From Nitrosopumilus sp. (GTDB lineage Archaea; Thermoproteota; Nitrososphaeria; Nitrososphaerales; Nitrosopumilaceae): a stretch of 64,000 bases of DNA. Position numbers and translations under genes: made by a program. Within the stretch, counting starts at the first letter, position 1. The number at the start of each line of letters is the position of its first letter. The stretch is from contig OZ241857.1 of NCBI GenBank assembly GCA_965203315.1, positions 896,001 to 960,000 of the forward strand, written 5' to 3'. The notes beneath the pieces were generated by a model. It saw only the letters and a program-made list of their open reading frames with translations. It made no database searches and had not been told where the DNA came from. Below are positions 51,701-61,030 of this stretch, in pieces.

Positions 51701-52553
51701 ACACCTCGTTGTCAAAGTATGTTGTGGTGTGATACTGTAATAGATCTACTAAATCTTGAACTATGAGTGGTGGAGTCCCTGCCTCTTTTGACTCTTTGAG
51801 TCGTTGGTTTACACGAATGATATCAACCATCTTGTGTGTCAGATCATCCTCTGAGCGGATACCGGTCTCGAGTATTATCGATGGTCTGACCGTTACAGGT
51901 GGGACAGGTAACACTTGAAGTATAAACCACTCTGGACGAGCCGTAGTGGGCTCATAGTTCAAGAGAGAGAGATCTTGATCTAGGATCTGTTCAAAGCGTT
52001 CTCGTATTGTAATTGGAAGTAGACGATGTTCGCCGATCTCGGTCTTTTCTATAAAGATGGTAGGCTTGATGAATATCAGATCATATTGAGCCTTGCCGCA
52101 GTGAGGACACTCTTTGGCCTTTTTGGCAGCATCAATGATCTCGTCAGGGATTTGTCTCTTTGATAGTACAGTGTATGCAGCATCTCTGGATTTGATGTCC
52201 TTGTATCTATCTAGATCTTCTTGAGGAACTTTGAGTCGTGCACAAGAACGACATGTAGACTGTAATAGTTTGTAGATATTGTCAATGAATGCAATGTGTA
52301 GTACTGGTTCGGCTAGTTCGATATGACCAAAGTGACCTGGGCAACGCGCAGCTGTATTTCCACATGTGAGACATTTTTGTCCTGGTTCTAGTGTACCTAG
52401 CCTGCCATCCATGAGTCCGCCTTGTACTGGAGCTCCATCCTCATCGTATGTCTCAGGTGCAGTGATCTCTGCTACCGAGTAACGTCGGATCTCATCTGGA
52501 GACCAGACAGAAAACTTGATGCCAGAGATGGACTTTACAGTTTGTAGCGACAT
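48768..52553 (-). CDS. rpoA: DNA-directed RNA polymerase subunit A (unsplit A'+A'')
   Basis: NADFDGD catalytic motif and the A''-type GEPGTQMTLRTFH in one 1261-aa ORF. Confidence 0.98.
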   Translation of the reverse strand: MSLQTVKSISGIKFSVWSPDEIRRYSVAEITAPETYDEDGAPVQGGLMDGRLGTLEPGQKCLTCGNTAARCPGHFGHIELAEPVLHIAFIDNIYKLLQSTCRSCARLKVPQEDLDRYKDIKSRDAAYTVLSKRQIPDEIIDAAKKAKECPHCGKAQYDLIFIKPTIFIEKTEIGEHRLLPITIRERFEQILDQDLSLLNYEPTTARPEWFILQVLPVPPVTVRPSIILETGIRSEDDLTHKMVDIIRVNQRLKESKEAGTPPLIVQDLVDLLQYHTTTYFDNEVSGIPQAHHRSGRPLKTLTQRLKGKEGRFRGSLSGKRVDFSSRTVISPDPNLDLSEVGVPETVAMKLTIPEIVTEWNIKRMREFVINGPHTFPGVNYIVRPDGVKIRLDFVEDRSVIAETLEIGYHVERHLADGDIVMFNRQPSLHQMSIMAHYVKVLPGKTFRLHPSVCPPYNADFDGDEMNLHVPQSEEARAEAILLMRVQDQLISPRYGGPIIGALRDFVTGAYLLTKDGTVLSKLEFSNLAMLGGYTGTLPSPATKNKDGPAYTGKQLFSLFLPKDFNYTITSKWSKGTGGAQNDVVIKNGELISGVIDKTSIGAEEPESVLHRITKDYGNETGKKFLNSILIIVKQFITHYGFSYGYGDLEVPDKDKQKILDDIKDTYDTVSGFIREYDNGTLQAKPGMSPRETLEADILKELGMARDKAGSTANDSLDDNNAGKIMATTGARGSSLNVGQMAGALGQQSRRGDRLNEGFHNRVLSHFKEKDNSPDAHGFVKSNYREGLSTIEFFFHAMGGREGLVDTAVRTQQSGYMQRRLINALEHIRLEYDGTVRDPHGHIIQFLYGEDGIDVAKSDHGEAFNIHRLIESQKLIDSGDLATKEEIESLVKKYTKTFNPKLAETVRNALAKSKLSRDGVSAVCKKGLLLYNKAKVEPGQAVGIVTAQSLGEPGTQMTLRTFHFAGIKERNVTLGLPRLIELVDARKKPVTPTMDIHLKDEIKDSREDAINVAKNILQTKISDLKPHITTDSTNIKMAFDKRHLDQRSCTMADIEAALASNKKFKINILDNLLTLEFVEEYDPQTVITLRNKVKKTIVKGVSEVERIALVKRNQEWVIQTTGSNVKHALKVDGVDRKRVITNNVSEIVDTLGIEAARNALISELNTILRDQGLEVDNRYIMLVADLMCSRGSLMQIGRHGIAGKKDSVLARAAFEITVPTIAHAALGGETEELKGITENVIVGSNIPIGSGTVDLYMQVSKH

Positions 52554-55500
52554 TATATCTTCTCCTTTATCAAGAGTCTTGGTGCAACGTTGAGACTCTG
52601 CATCTCTTGTAGTAATAGTTTGAATGCATATGCAACAGATACAGATGATATCTTTGCTTTATCTCCACATACACGACATAGATACTTGCGTTGTTTAGCA
52701 TCATAGTATGCTACTAGACCACATCTCTCACATGCGTATACATCAGATTTGTCAGACTCGTCCAAGAGTCTGTCTTTTAATATCATCGAGGCACCGTACG
52801 CAATGAGACAGTCTCGCTCCATCTCACCAAATCGTAGACCACCACCACGTGCTCGTCCTTCAGTAGGTTGTTTTGTGAGCATCTGAACTTGACCACGTGC
52901 TCTAGCATGAATCTTGTCAGCTACCATATGATGCAGTTTCTGATAATATACCACACCTATAAAGACCTCTACTGGGAACGGTTTGCCGGTTCGACCATCA
53001 TACATCATCTCTTTACCAGAGTACTCGAATCCATGAGCATCCATGACTTTACGAACTATGTCCATCTTTTCACCAACAAATGCAGAACCATCGAATCTAG
53101 AGCCACGTAGAGCTGCTGCCTTACCACAAATAGACTCCATCATCATTCCAACCGTCATTCTAGATGGAAATGCGTGTGGGTTGATCAAGACATCAGGTGA
53201 GATGCCACTAGCTGTATACGGAAGATCTTCGTTCTTGGCCAACATACCCAAGACACCCTTTTGTCCGTGACGTGATGCAAATTTATCACCTATCTCTGGT
53301 ACGCGCATATCTCGAACTCGTATCTTGTACATCTTGCCACCCTCACTCGACTGGGTCATGACAACCGTATCAACCACACCAGATTCAGATGGTCTAACTC
53401 CTATCGAGGTGTCACGTCTGTATGGACCTCCAGTAGGCTCAAACTCGCGATACTCTTCCATAAATCGTGGCGGGCTAGTCTTGCCGATCAGAATGTCGCC
53501 ACCTTTGACGACTGCCTCTGCAGCTATTACGCCGTCCTCTTCTAATAGCCTATATGCTCGCTCGCCCTTGTATCCACGAATATTACTATCTGCGTTTGGT
53601 ATTACAAAGTCGTCACGAGCGCCACCAGGATATTGCTTGGACTCGGCATCATATATGCGAAAGAAGAATGTACGTCCAAGACCGCGATCAACTGCTGCTT
53701 GACTTAATACAATTGCGTCCTCGATATTGTATCCATCAAATGGCAGTACAGCAACCACACAGTTTTGTCCAGCAGGTCGATCCTCTAGTCCCAAGAGACC
53801 CATAGCTTTTGTGTTAACTATAGGAGTTTGAGGATACAGCATAAAGTGTTGTCTAACATAGGTACTGGTATTCATCATCGGTGTAGAGAATCCAAGACTC
53901 TGTTTGGCCATTGCAGACTCGTATGTATTTCGAGGAGACTGGTTGTGTTCAGGATATGGAATGATCGATGCGCCAGCACCAAGTATAGCGGGTGGGAATA
54001 CCTCAAGATGTGTATATCCACGTGTGACTTTGTCGTCCAGAGTCACATGACAGTTCTCTTCTTCGTTGGCATCGATCAACTCGAGTACACCCATTCGCAA
54101 GAGATCATGCCAAGCCAAGACCTTTTGTGATATCTTTACCAACATATCTGAACTGAGTAGAGATTTGTTGTCTTTGATCCGTATCAGAGGTCGGAGCACA
54201 CGACCAGCGTTGCAGTTTACGTATAGTCGCCTAGTAGACTCTTTCGTATCAGATTCATGAAAAGACACTCCCACATGTGCGTTAATCTTGGCGCTGCGTC
54301 TCTGATCACGTAGTCTCTCTGCAAGTTCTTGGCCATCTTGATGATAACCTATCAGACGACCGTCGACAAATATACGAGCTCCTTTCTCTTTGAGTTCATC
54401 TGTGAGTTTCTCTTCGTCAAGAAAGTAAACTGTTCCTAGATCGTACAGTTTCTCGACTATCTCTTCTGAGGGTACGTTCACAGATATAATACCAGACAAT
54501 GCAATGTTCTTTACTAGACCACAGTTGGATCCCTCTGGCGTCTCACTTGGACATATACGTCCAAAGTGAGTTGCGTGAAGGTCTCGTGCCTCAAAGTTTG
54601 GTTGAGTTCGACTTAGTGGTGATTGTATCCTTCTCAGGTGAGAGATTGTAGATAGATAGTTTGTACGATCCAATAGTTGTGTGACACCCACACGACCACG
54701 ACCCCAGTTACCAGTAGCTATTGCGTTGTTTAGTTTATCAGATATGATTCCTGGTCGTATTGCTGCAGATACAGCAGGCAGTCCCCGTTTTTGGCCTGTA
54801 CGTTCTAGTTGATACTTCATGTCTCGTACGAGGTTTCTAAATGCCGTTCTAAAGAGATCAGCCAACATCTGACCTGCAAACTTTATCACCTTATTTCCAT
54901 AGTGGTCTTTATCGTCAGGATCGATCCATCCTAGTTTCAGCTCTAACAGTTTACATGTGGCTTCGCCAAGAAACTGTGCCTTTACCTTTCGGTCCTCTGA
55001 ACGTTTACCTAGATGTGGCAACAGACTCCAGTCTAGGAGAGTCTCTGCACGTTTTATCTGAAACTCTTCCAACATTCCTGGTGCGATACGTTTGCTGATG
55101 TACACTAGAGCGTCTTTAGAGGTTGACACATCACTGGTCTTGTCGAAAGAGTCGTCAAGCTCATCTTGGATCTTTCCAACTAGAGAGACAGCAGATGCGA
55201 TATCTCGATCAGACTCTAGACCCAGAGCACGCATCAATGTAATAGCAGGTATAGCGACCGGCGAACCTGGAATGTTTGCTGTGATCAGTCCATCGTTCTT
55301 CATGACTAGTTCAAGTTTTGCGCGGTATCCAACTATCGAAGAGTATACCTTGGCCTTGTAGACGGGATTGTTGCTAACCATCTCTTTATCTACAATTATC
55401 TTGTTGTACGAGAGATCTTCCAATCCAACTATTACTCGTTCTGAACCGTTGATGATAAAGTAACCACCAGGATCATTTGGATCTTCACCGTGTTCGATTA

Positions 55501-55909
55501 ATTTTTGATTCGAAAAGTTGTTCAACATACATGCCTTTGATTTTATCATAACTGGAATATCGCCTATACGGACAGACTTGGACTCGAGTACCTTGCCATC
55601 CTCTATAACGCTTATATCCATATTTACTGGGGCAGAGTAGGAGACGTTTCTCAACCTAGCTTCAGCTGGAGTTATTTGGGTAATAGAACCGTCTAGTTCC
55701 ATCATTACCGGTTTACCAAGTTTTGCTTTACCTAGGTGAATCTTGTACGGATACTCGGCGTTCTCGATCTCTATCTGTCCTGCTTCATTTATGATATCTT
55801 GGAGACCTCGATCTAGAAACTCGTCAAAAGAGTTCAAGTGTTGGCGTGCTATGCCTTCACGTTTTAGGATATCTTGTATTATAGGCCATCGTACCGTAGG
55901 ATCAGACAT
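52553..55909 (-). CDS. rpoB: DNA-directed RNA polymerase subunit B
   Basis: GGYFIINGSE, GDKFASRHGQKG, RFGEMERD; start ATG 55909 (MSDPTVRWP) after GGTGGAG. Confidence 0.97.
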   Translation of the reverse strand: MSDPTVRWPIIQDILKREGIARQHLNSFDEFLDRGLQDIINEAGQIEIENAEYPYKIHLGKAKLGKPVMMELDGSITQITPAEARLRNVSYSAPVNMDISVIEDGKVLESKSVRIGDIPVMIKSKACMLNNFSNQKLIEHGEDPNDPGGYFIINGSERVIVGLEDLSYNKIIVDKEMVSNNPVYKAKVYSSIVGYRAKLELVMKNDGLITANIPGSPVAIPAITLMRALGLESDRDIASAVSLVGKIQDELDDSFDKTSDVSTSKDALVYISKRIAPGMLEEFQIKRAETLLDWSLLPHLGKRSEDRKVKAQFLGEATCKLLELKLGWIDPDDKDHYGNKVIKFAGQMLADLFRTAFRNLVRDMKYQLERTGQKRGLPAVSAAIRPGIISDKLNNAIATGNWGRGRVGVTQLLDRTNYLSTISHLRRIQSPLSRTQPNFEARDLHATHFGRICPSETPEGSNCGLVKNIALSGIISVNVPSEEIVEKLYDLGTVYFLDEEKLTDELKEKGARIFVDGRLIGYHQDGQELAERLRDQRRSAKINAHVGVSFHESDTKESTRRLYVNCNAGRVLRPLIRIKDNKSLLSSDMLVKISQKVLAWHDLLRMGVLELIDANEEENCHVTLDDKVTRGYTHLEVFPPAILGAGASIIPYPEHNQSPRNTYESAMAKQSLGFSTPMMNTSTYVRQHFMLYPQTPIVNTKAMGLLGLEDRPAGQNCVVAVLPFDGYNIEDAIVLSQAAVDRGLGRTFFFRIYDAESKQYPGGARDDFVIPNADSNIRGYKGERAYRLLEEDGVIAAEAVVKGGDILIGKTSPPRFMEEYREFEPTGGPYRRDTSIGVRPSESGVVDTVVMTQSSEGGKMYKIRVRDMRVPEIGDKFASRHGQKGVLGMLAKNEDLPYTASGISPDVLINPHAFPSRMTVGMMMESICGKAAALRGSRFDGSAFVGEKMDIVRKVMDAHGFEYSGKEMMYDGRTGKPFPVEVFIGVVYYQKLHHMVADKIHARARGQVQMLTKQPTEGRARGGGLRFGEMERDCLIAYGASMILKDRLLDESDKSDVYACERCGLVAYYDAKQRKYLCRVCGDKAKISSVSVAYAFKLLLQEMQSLNVAPRLLIKEKI

Positions 55910-55914
55910 TATTT

Positions 55915-56021
55915 CTCCACCACATACCCATAGTAGCTCGTACCAGCTACCATTACTGGACCATACTTCAAGGCTTCTTCGGCTCCTCCACCACATACCT
56001 ATAGTAGTAGCTCGTACCAGC
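55915..56021. repeat. duplicated rpoH 3' end (36 bp) around a 38-bp unique insert
   Basis: 55986-56021 versus 55915-55947; the latter has a 3-bp deletion and one substitution. Confidence 0.92.
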
Positions 56022-56231
56022 AGTAGGGCTATCTCTAGTGATCTTTATCATATCACCTGGTTTGACACCAAGTGTCACGATTGCTGGATCGGTACTAAAG
56101 ATTAATGGTAACTCTGTGGGCTTGCAGTTGTACTTTATCAAGATCTCTTCAGCCTCACCTTTGGTGATTATCTCGTGTTTGGGAACATAATAGTGATCTG
56201 GTACATATATCTGATCCTTCTTTATCGCCAT
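55968..56231 (-). CDS. rpoH: DNA-directed RNA polymerase subunit H (Rpo5)
   Basis: H.YVPKHEI, LP.I..TDP, I.R.SPTAG..YYR.VV. Confidence 0.96.
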   Translation of the reverse strand: MAIKKDQIYVPDHYYVPKHEIITKGEAEEILIKYNCKPTELPLIFSTDPAIVTLGVKPGDMIKITRDSPTAGTSYYYRYVVEEPKKP

Positions 56232-56408
56232 CTAGATCACCTTCACCATACTCGACGTTAGGTGTTGAAAAAATATACACAAACTGTCCATTTTGCAAAT
56301 TGAGGTCAATATATATGTAATCTGAGACATTTAGTTGTGTTTATTTTTTGTATTTTGTCAAAAAAATTTTTCACAACCTTAAATAGTAGAATTTAGAGCC
56401 TAAAAACA

Positions 56409-57227
56409 ATGAAGACTCATCTATCGGTGTTTGCCATGACGGCAATTTTGATTGTAGGGATTGGTACTGCACCAGCATTTGGACAGATAGTAGCGGGAGC
56501 GATCGATGTCTCTACAGATAAAGAGTCGTATACAACAGGCGACACTATTGTTGTGAGTGGAACTATACGAGACGATCTTGGTACAGATATAACGATGAGG
56601 ATTATTGCACCTAACGGAAACGTTGTTGCTGTACAGCAGATCACACCAAAAGTAGACAAGACATATGAGACAGAGGTTGTGATAGGCGGTATCTTCAAGT
56701 TTACTGGAGAATACACTGTAAGGGTAACATATGCAAGTGAAAACCGTGTGGCCGCGTCTATGTTCAACGTAGAGGTAAAAGCCATGGAAGAACCAACTGT
56801 TCCTGTAGTCGATATTGAGACTTGGGAGATAGAAGGTACAGATGATCTCATACAGTATAGTATTACTGGTGGAACAGTGAAGAGTATTGTTCCTGATCCA
56901 GAATCAATGTCTCTGCGCATAATGATTGAAGCAACAGATGATGGAACGTTGACCATAACCATACCACGGACCATACTAGAAGCAGATGAAAAAGGAGTAT
57001 TCATCCTAGTTGATGATGAAGAGATGAACGACTTTGGTATAGATACAACTGATGAATATCGAAAGATCACAATCGACTTCCCACAAGGAACAGAGATGAT
57101 TGTGATAATCGGTACTTGGGTAATTCCTGAATTTGGTGTAATTGCAGCAATGATTCTTGCAATAGCAATCATATCTGTAATCGCAATCTCTGCAAGATCA
57201 CGACTTAGCATTATCCCACGATACTAA
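56409..57227 (+). CDS. PEFG-CTERM surface protein
   Basis: Signal peptide; IPEFG + TM + basic tail. Confidence 0.92.
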   Translation: MKTHLSVFAMTAILIVGIGTAPAFGQIVAGAIDVSTDKESYTTGDTIVVSGTIRDDLGTDITMRIIAPNGNVVAVQQITPKVDKTYETEVVIGGIFKFTGEYTVRVTYASENRVAASMFNVEVKAMEEPTVPVVDIETWEIEGTDDLIQYSITGGTVKSIVPDPESMSLRIMIEATDDGTLTITIPRTILEADEKGVFILVDDEEMNDFGIDTTDEYRKITIDFPQGTEMIVIIGTWVIPEFGVIAAMILAIAIISVIAISARSRLSIIPRY

Positions 57228-57229
57228 GT

Positions 57230-57258
57230 TTCAACTTTTTTTTCATTCTTTTTGTTTT
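57230..57258 (+). terminator. oligo-T archaeal terminator
   Basis: T-rich runs directly after the stop codon. Confidence 0.55.
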
Positions 57259-57447
57259 GGTACTATGCGTTCGTCACAACACATGTCAACTCAAGTATAT
57301 CGAATTGCCTAAAATCGAGATAGTACTAACTCATCTAGTTTGAGAGTGGGATCGTGATAGTTTTTGAAATTCGTATTGGATGGTTGCATCTGTCACATTG
57401 GGGTTTCAAAATGTACGCTATAATATGTAACATAGAATTTGGCAAGA

Positions 57448-57825
57448 TCACAGCTTTTCGCGAAGGGTCTTGTCAATGCTTTGAAGAGTTATTGCAATTG
57501 TATCTAATTTGTTATCAATTGTATCTAATTTGTTATCAATAGATTCAAGCTTGTCATCAATTGTGTCTAGTTTGTTGTCAACAGATCCAAGCTTGTCCAA
57601 GATCATTCTATTAGTGACTTTGAGATCGTCTATGCCATGGTATATCTTTTCTGAAATCTGTTTTGTGGCATACATCATATACAATCCTACACTACCACTA
57701 CTCATAAGTGCTACCCCTGTAGCTGTGAGATTAAAATCAAATGGCGATGTTTCAAACAATTCCAGAGATGCCATTGTAGCACCTACAACAAACAAGATAG
57801 ACAGACCAACTCGTTTGACAATCAA
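57448..57825 (-). CDS. two-TM protein with heptad-repeat coiled-coil tail
   Basis: Two hydrophobic helices then repeated D(N/D)KL(D/E)(T/S)I heptads encoded by 21-bp tandem repeats. Confidence 0.75.
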   Translation of the reverse strand: MIVKRVGLSILFVVGATMASLELFETSPFDFNLTATGVALMSSGSVGLYMMYATKQISEKIYHGIDDLKVTNRMILDKLGSVDNKLDTIDDKLESIDNKLDTIDNKLDTIAITLQSIDKTLREKL

Positions 57826-58012
57826 TACAATTCACATTCAAGCAACTTTCCATACTCCGAGACTGACTTTAAAAGCTTTGGTTATCAGCGATATCTAGAT
57901 CGAATTAAATATTTAGTAATATGCATATCGATATGCTCGCTGCAGAGTAACGTGTAATTGCTGTAATCAATAATTTTAGCATCATGTTAGAGTCGGTACT
58001 AGTTGTATCAGA

Positions 58013-58130
58013 GGATCTTTACGGTTTACTTTGGATGGAATTGTTACGTAAAAAACACTACAAGATTCTATAAGAGAAAATTAGGAAAAAAGCCTTGCGA
58101 AAAGTCATCCCATGTAAATCAAAGAGATCC
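58013..58130 (+). mobile_element. MITE family A
   Basis: GGATCTTTACGGTTTACTTTGGATG...CATCCCATGTAAATCAAAGAGATCC. Confidence 0.88.
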
Positions 58131-58198
58131 GTATAGCGAAATTGCAGAATCGCCAAAAAATATACACACATAAATAACAATAATCTAGCACAAACAGA

Positions 58199-59038
58199 AT
58201 GAACGTCTGGTCGATCGTAGCAATGTTGGTTGCTATATCACTGATCTCAGTAGGGGTAGTTCAGCAGACCACCTTTGCTCAAGAAGCTGGAATGGCTATG
58301 CGAGCCACATCTGATGAAGGATCAGATACCATCTCAATAATGGGCAAGACGTTCTTGAGAACTACAGACATTGCATTCAAAGTCACAGCGCCTAATGGTG
58401 TCAATGTTGTAGAAATTGGACAAGTATCTCCAGATACAAACGGAGAGTTTGCTCTAGATATCAAGACCAATTTGTGGAAACAGTCTGGCTATTATACAGT
58501 TCTCGCAAGGCAGGACAATTCTGCATTTCATACTCTAAAACTAGAAGTCGAAGTGATCGATGGCATCACGAGACAGACAGATGAGCGAGCAACCAATCTA
58601 TCTACAGATATCTTTGCAGACGCAGACATACTAGAGGAGATGGGATTAGAACTCTATCCGATAATGGTAGAGGTTGGAACTACAGAGTTTGAGGTTATGG
58701 GGAGAACTGACAGGGTCGAACAAGATGTAACAATCATAATTACATCACCAGGATTTGGAAATAGAGTCACAGCTGCTCAAGTTGTCCCAGATCAAGATGG
58801 AGAGTTTGTTGCAAACATATCTGTAAAAGGACCATTATGGAAAGAGGATGGCAACTATACGGTAACTGCACAACAGGGCTCAGACCCAGAGTATACTGAC
58901 TCGACTCAGATAGAGATACTAGATGGCGTAATAGTTCCAGAGTTTGGTGCCATTGCAATGCTGATACTAGCTGTTGCAATCATCTCGATGATTATAGTAT
59001 CCGCAAGATCTAGACTTGGTATCATTCCAAAATACTAG
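58199..59038 (+). CDS. PEFG-CTERM surface protein
   Basis: Signal peptide, two Ig-like repeats, VPEFG + TM + basic tail. Confidence 0.92.
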   Translation: MNVWSIVAMLVAISLISVGVVQQTTFAQEAGMAMRATSDEGSDTISIMGKTFLRTTDIAFKVTAPNGVNVVEIGQVSPDTNGEFALDIKTNLWKQSGYYTVLARQDNSAFHTLKLEVEVIDGITRQTDERATNLSTDIFADADILEEMGLELYPIMVEVGTTEFEVMGRTDRVEQDVTIIITSPGFGNRVTAAQVVPDQDGEFVANISVKGPLWKEDGNYTVTAQQGSDPEYTDSTQIEILDGVIVPEFGAIAMLILAVAIISMIIVSARSRLGIIPKY

Positions 59039-59082
59039 ATAATTTTTAGAAAGGGAAACATAAAAAGATAGACTAGTCATTA

Positions 59083-59898
59083 TTGCAGTATATGAAACTT
59101 GGAATAATCTGTATGATACTAGCAGTATCAGTAACAGTCGCATCAGCACAAGAGTCGACAGTAACGATAGATACTAATACGGATACTTATCTAAGAGGCG
59201 ATACGATCATTGTATTTGGAAATGTCTCAACGATCTTGCAAGGAACAGCTGTTGTGATTCAGATCAGTCATCAGGGCGCAATAATCGATGTTGCGCAGGT
59301 TGATGTGGCAGATGTTGGTTCCTTCTTTAAGACGTTCATTGCAGGTTGTTTAGAGTGTCCAAACGATAAATGGGTAAATGTTGGTACATATGATATCAAA
59401 GCATCATATGGAGAAGGAAATGTTGTAGAGACACAGATAGAGTACATCAAAGAGATCCCAATAATAGAGAATAGTGACAATATTGAAGTAGATGCAGGCA
59501 GTCATGGAACATTCGATGTTGGATACGAGATGACTGGAGGAGATGTAATAGCTATCAGAGTCGATATGGATATTTTAGGACTGGTAGTAGACATAGATGC
59601 AAAAGAGTCTGGAAGTGTAACCTTGGAGATGCCAAGAGACTATATCGGCGCACAAGAGGGCGATGATGATATTGACTTTATTGTACTGATCGACGACAAT
59701 CCAATAGATCATATAGAAAGTGAAGGTGTCAACACTAGAAAGGTTACGATGGATACGATACCCGGCAACTCACAGATCAAGATAATCGGCACATATGTGG
59801 TACCAGAGTTTGGAACTATACTGTTCATTATGGTAGTTGCTATTGGCAGTTTGGTTGCTATGCGATATCTGCCTATGCAAAAGAGTATTTCTCTTTGA
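59083..59898 (+). CDS. PEFG-CTERM surface protein
   Basis: Signal peptide, VPEFG + TM; 3' end overlaps convergent iscS by 26 bp. Confidence 0.9.
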   Translation: MQYMKLGIICMILAVSVTVASAQESTVTIDTNTDTYLRGDTIIVFGNVSTILQGTAVVIQISHQGAIIDVAQVDVADVGSFFKTFIAGCLECPNDKWVNVGTYDIKASYGEGNVVETQIEYIKEIPIIENSDNIEVDAGSHGTFDVGYEMTGGDVIAIRVDMDILGLVVDIDAKESGSVTLEMPRDYIGAQEGDDDIDFIVLIDDNPIDHIESEGVNTRKVTMDTIPGNSQIKIIGTYVVPEFGTILFIMVVAIGSLVAMRYLPMQKSISL

Positions 59899-61030
59899 GT
59901 GGCGAGACCGCACGTAACTCTTGTACAACTCGTTTCAATGTATCGACTGTGCGATGGATCTCAGATATGGTGTTCTGTACTCCGATCGATATACGTAGTG
60001 AACCAGTTATCTGTTCATGCGATAGTCCCATCGCAGATAGAACATGAGACTCTCTCTGCGTGTATACGGAACATGCAGAACCTGTAGATGCCGCAATCCC
60101 ATTTTCGTCTAACTTGATCAATAGGTCTTCACCTGAAACACCAAGGAATGTAAAGTGTACATTGTTTGGTAGCCTAGAGTCTAGATCGCCGTTGATGTAC
60201 ACATATGGGATCTCGGAGGTGACCCGTTGTATCAGTGTGTCATGTAGTCTTTTGAATAGCGTTACGTTAGAGTTGAGATTATCCCTCGCGATCTCACACG
60301 CTTTGCCAAACCCAACAATGCTAGCAACATTCTCTGTACCAGAACGCATTCCACTCTCTTGACCACCACCCAATATGAGAGGAGATATATCGATACCGTC
60401 TCGTATGTATAAAGCACCAACTCCTTTGGGACCATTGATCTTGTGAGATGATATCGACAAGAGATCTAGATCTAGTTTTACAACATCTATCGGTACCTTA
60501 CCTACAGCTTGGACGGCATCTGTATGAAATAGGATATCATGTTTACGACATGTGGCAGCTAGTTTTGCGATATCTTGTATGGTACCTACCTCGTTGTTTG
60601 CAAACATTATCGATACAAGTTTAGTATTTGGTCTGATGTGATCTACAAGCGAGTCCAGAGTTATCATACCGGTACTGGTCACAGGTAAATATGACACTTG
60701 ATATCCCTGTGACTCTAATAGTTTGCATGGCTCCAAGACAGCATCATGTTCGATCGAAGAGACCACAACATGACAGTCAGGATACTGGTCAACTATACGC
60801 AATGCAGTATTATTTGACTCTGTTCCACCAGAGGTGAATACGATTGTATTTGGATCTGCGTTGATCAGAGATGCGATTTGTCGCCTCGCATATTCTACAG
60901 CTCTCTTGGACTGTCTGCCGTATCTATGGATCGATGATGGATTTCCATACTGCTCTCGCAGAAAAGGCAGCATTGCAGCTAGTACGTCATCATGTATTAT
61001 GCTAGATGCCGCATTGTCTAGATAGATCAA
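59873..61030 (-). CDS. iscS: cysteine desulfurase
   Basis: YLDNAA, TSGGTESNN, SSHKINGPKG, STGSAC. Confidence 0.95.
   Translation of the reverse strand: MIYLDNAASSIIHDDVLAAMLPFLREQYGNPSSIHRYGRQSKRAVEYARRQIASLINADPNTIVFTSGGTESNNTALRIVDQYPDCHVVVSSIEHDAVLEPCKLLESQGYQVSYLPVTSTGMITLDSLVDHIRPNTKLVSIMFANNEVGTIQDIAKLAATCRKHDILFHTDAVQAVGKVPIDVVKLDLDLLSISSHKINGPKGVGALYIRDGIDISPLILGGGQESGMRSGTENVASIVGFGKACEIARDNLNSNVTLFKRLHDTLIQRVTSEIPYVYINGDLDSRLPNNVHFTFLGVSGEDLLIKLDENGIAASTGSACSVYTQRESHVLSAMGLSHEQITGSLRISIGVQNTISEIHRTVDTLKRVVQELRAVSPLKEKYSFA

Noticed and set aside
48768-52553. Fused RpoA'/A'' as a novelty
   Set aside because: An unsplit subunit A is the normal state in Thaumarchaeota
55910-55996. N-terminal extension of RpoB in the ORF track (MWWRSRR...)
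   Set aside because: It is read through the rpoH duplication scar; ATG 55909 has an SD-like sequence and a typical N-terminus
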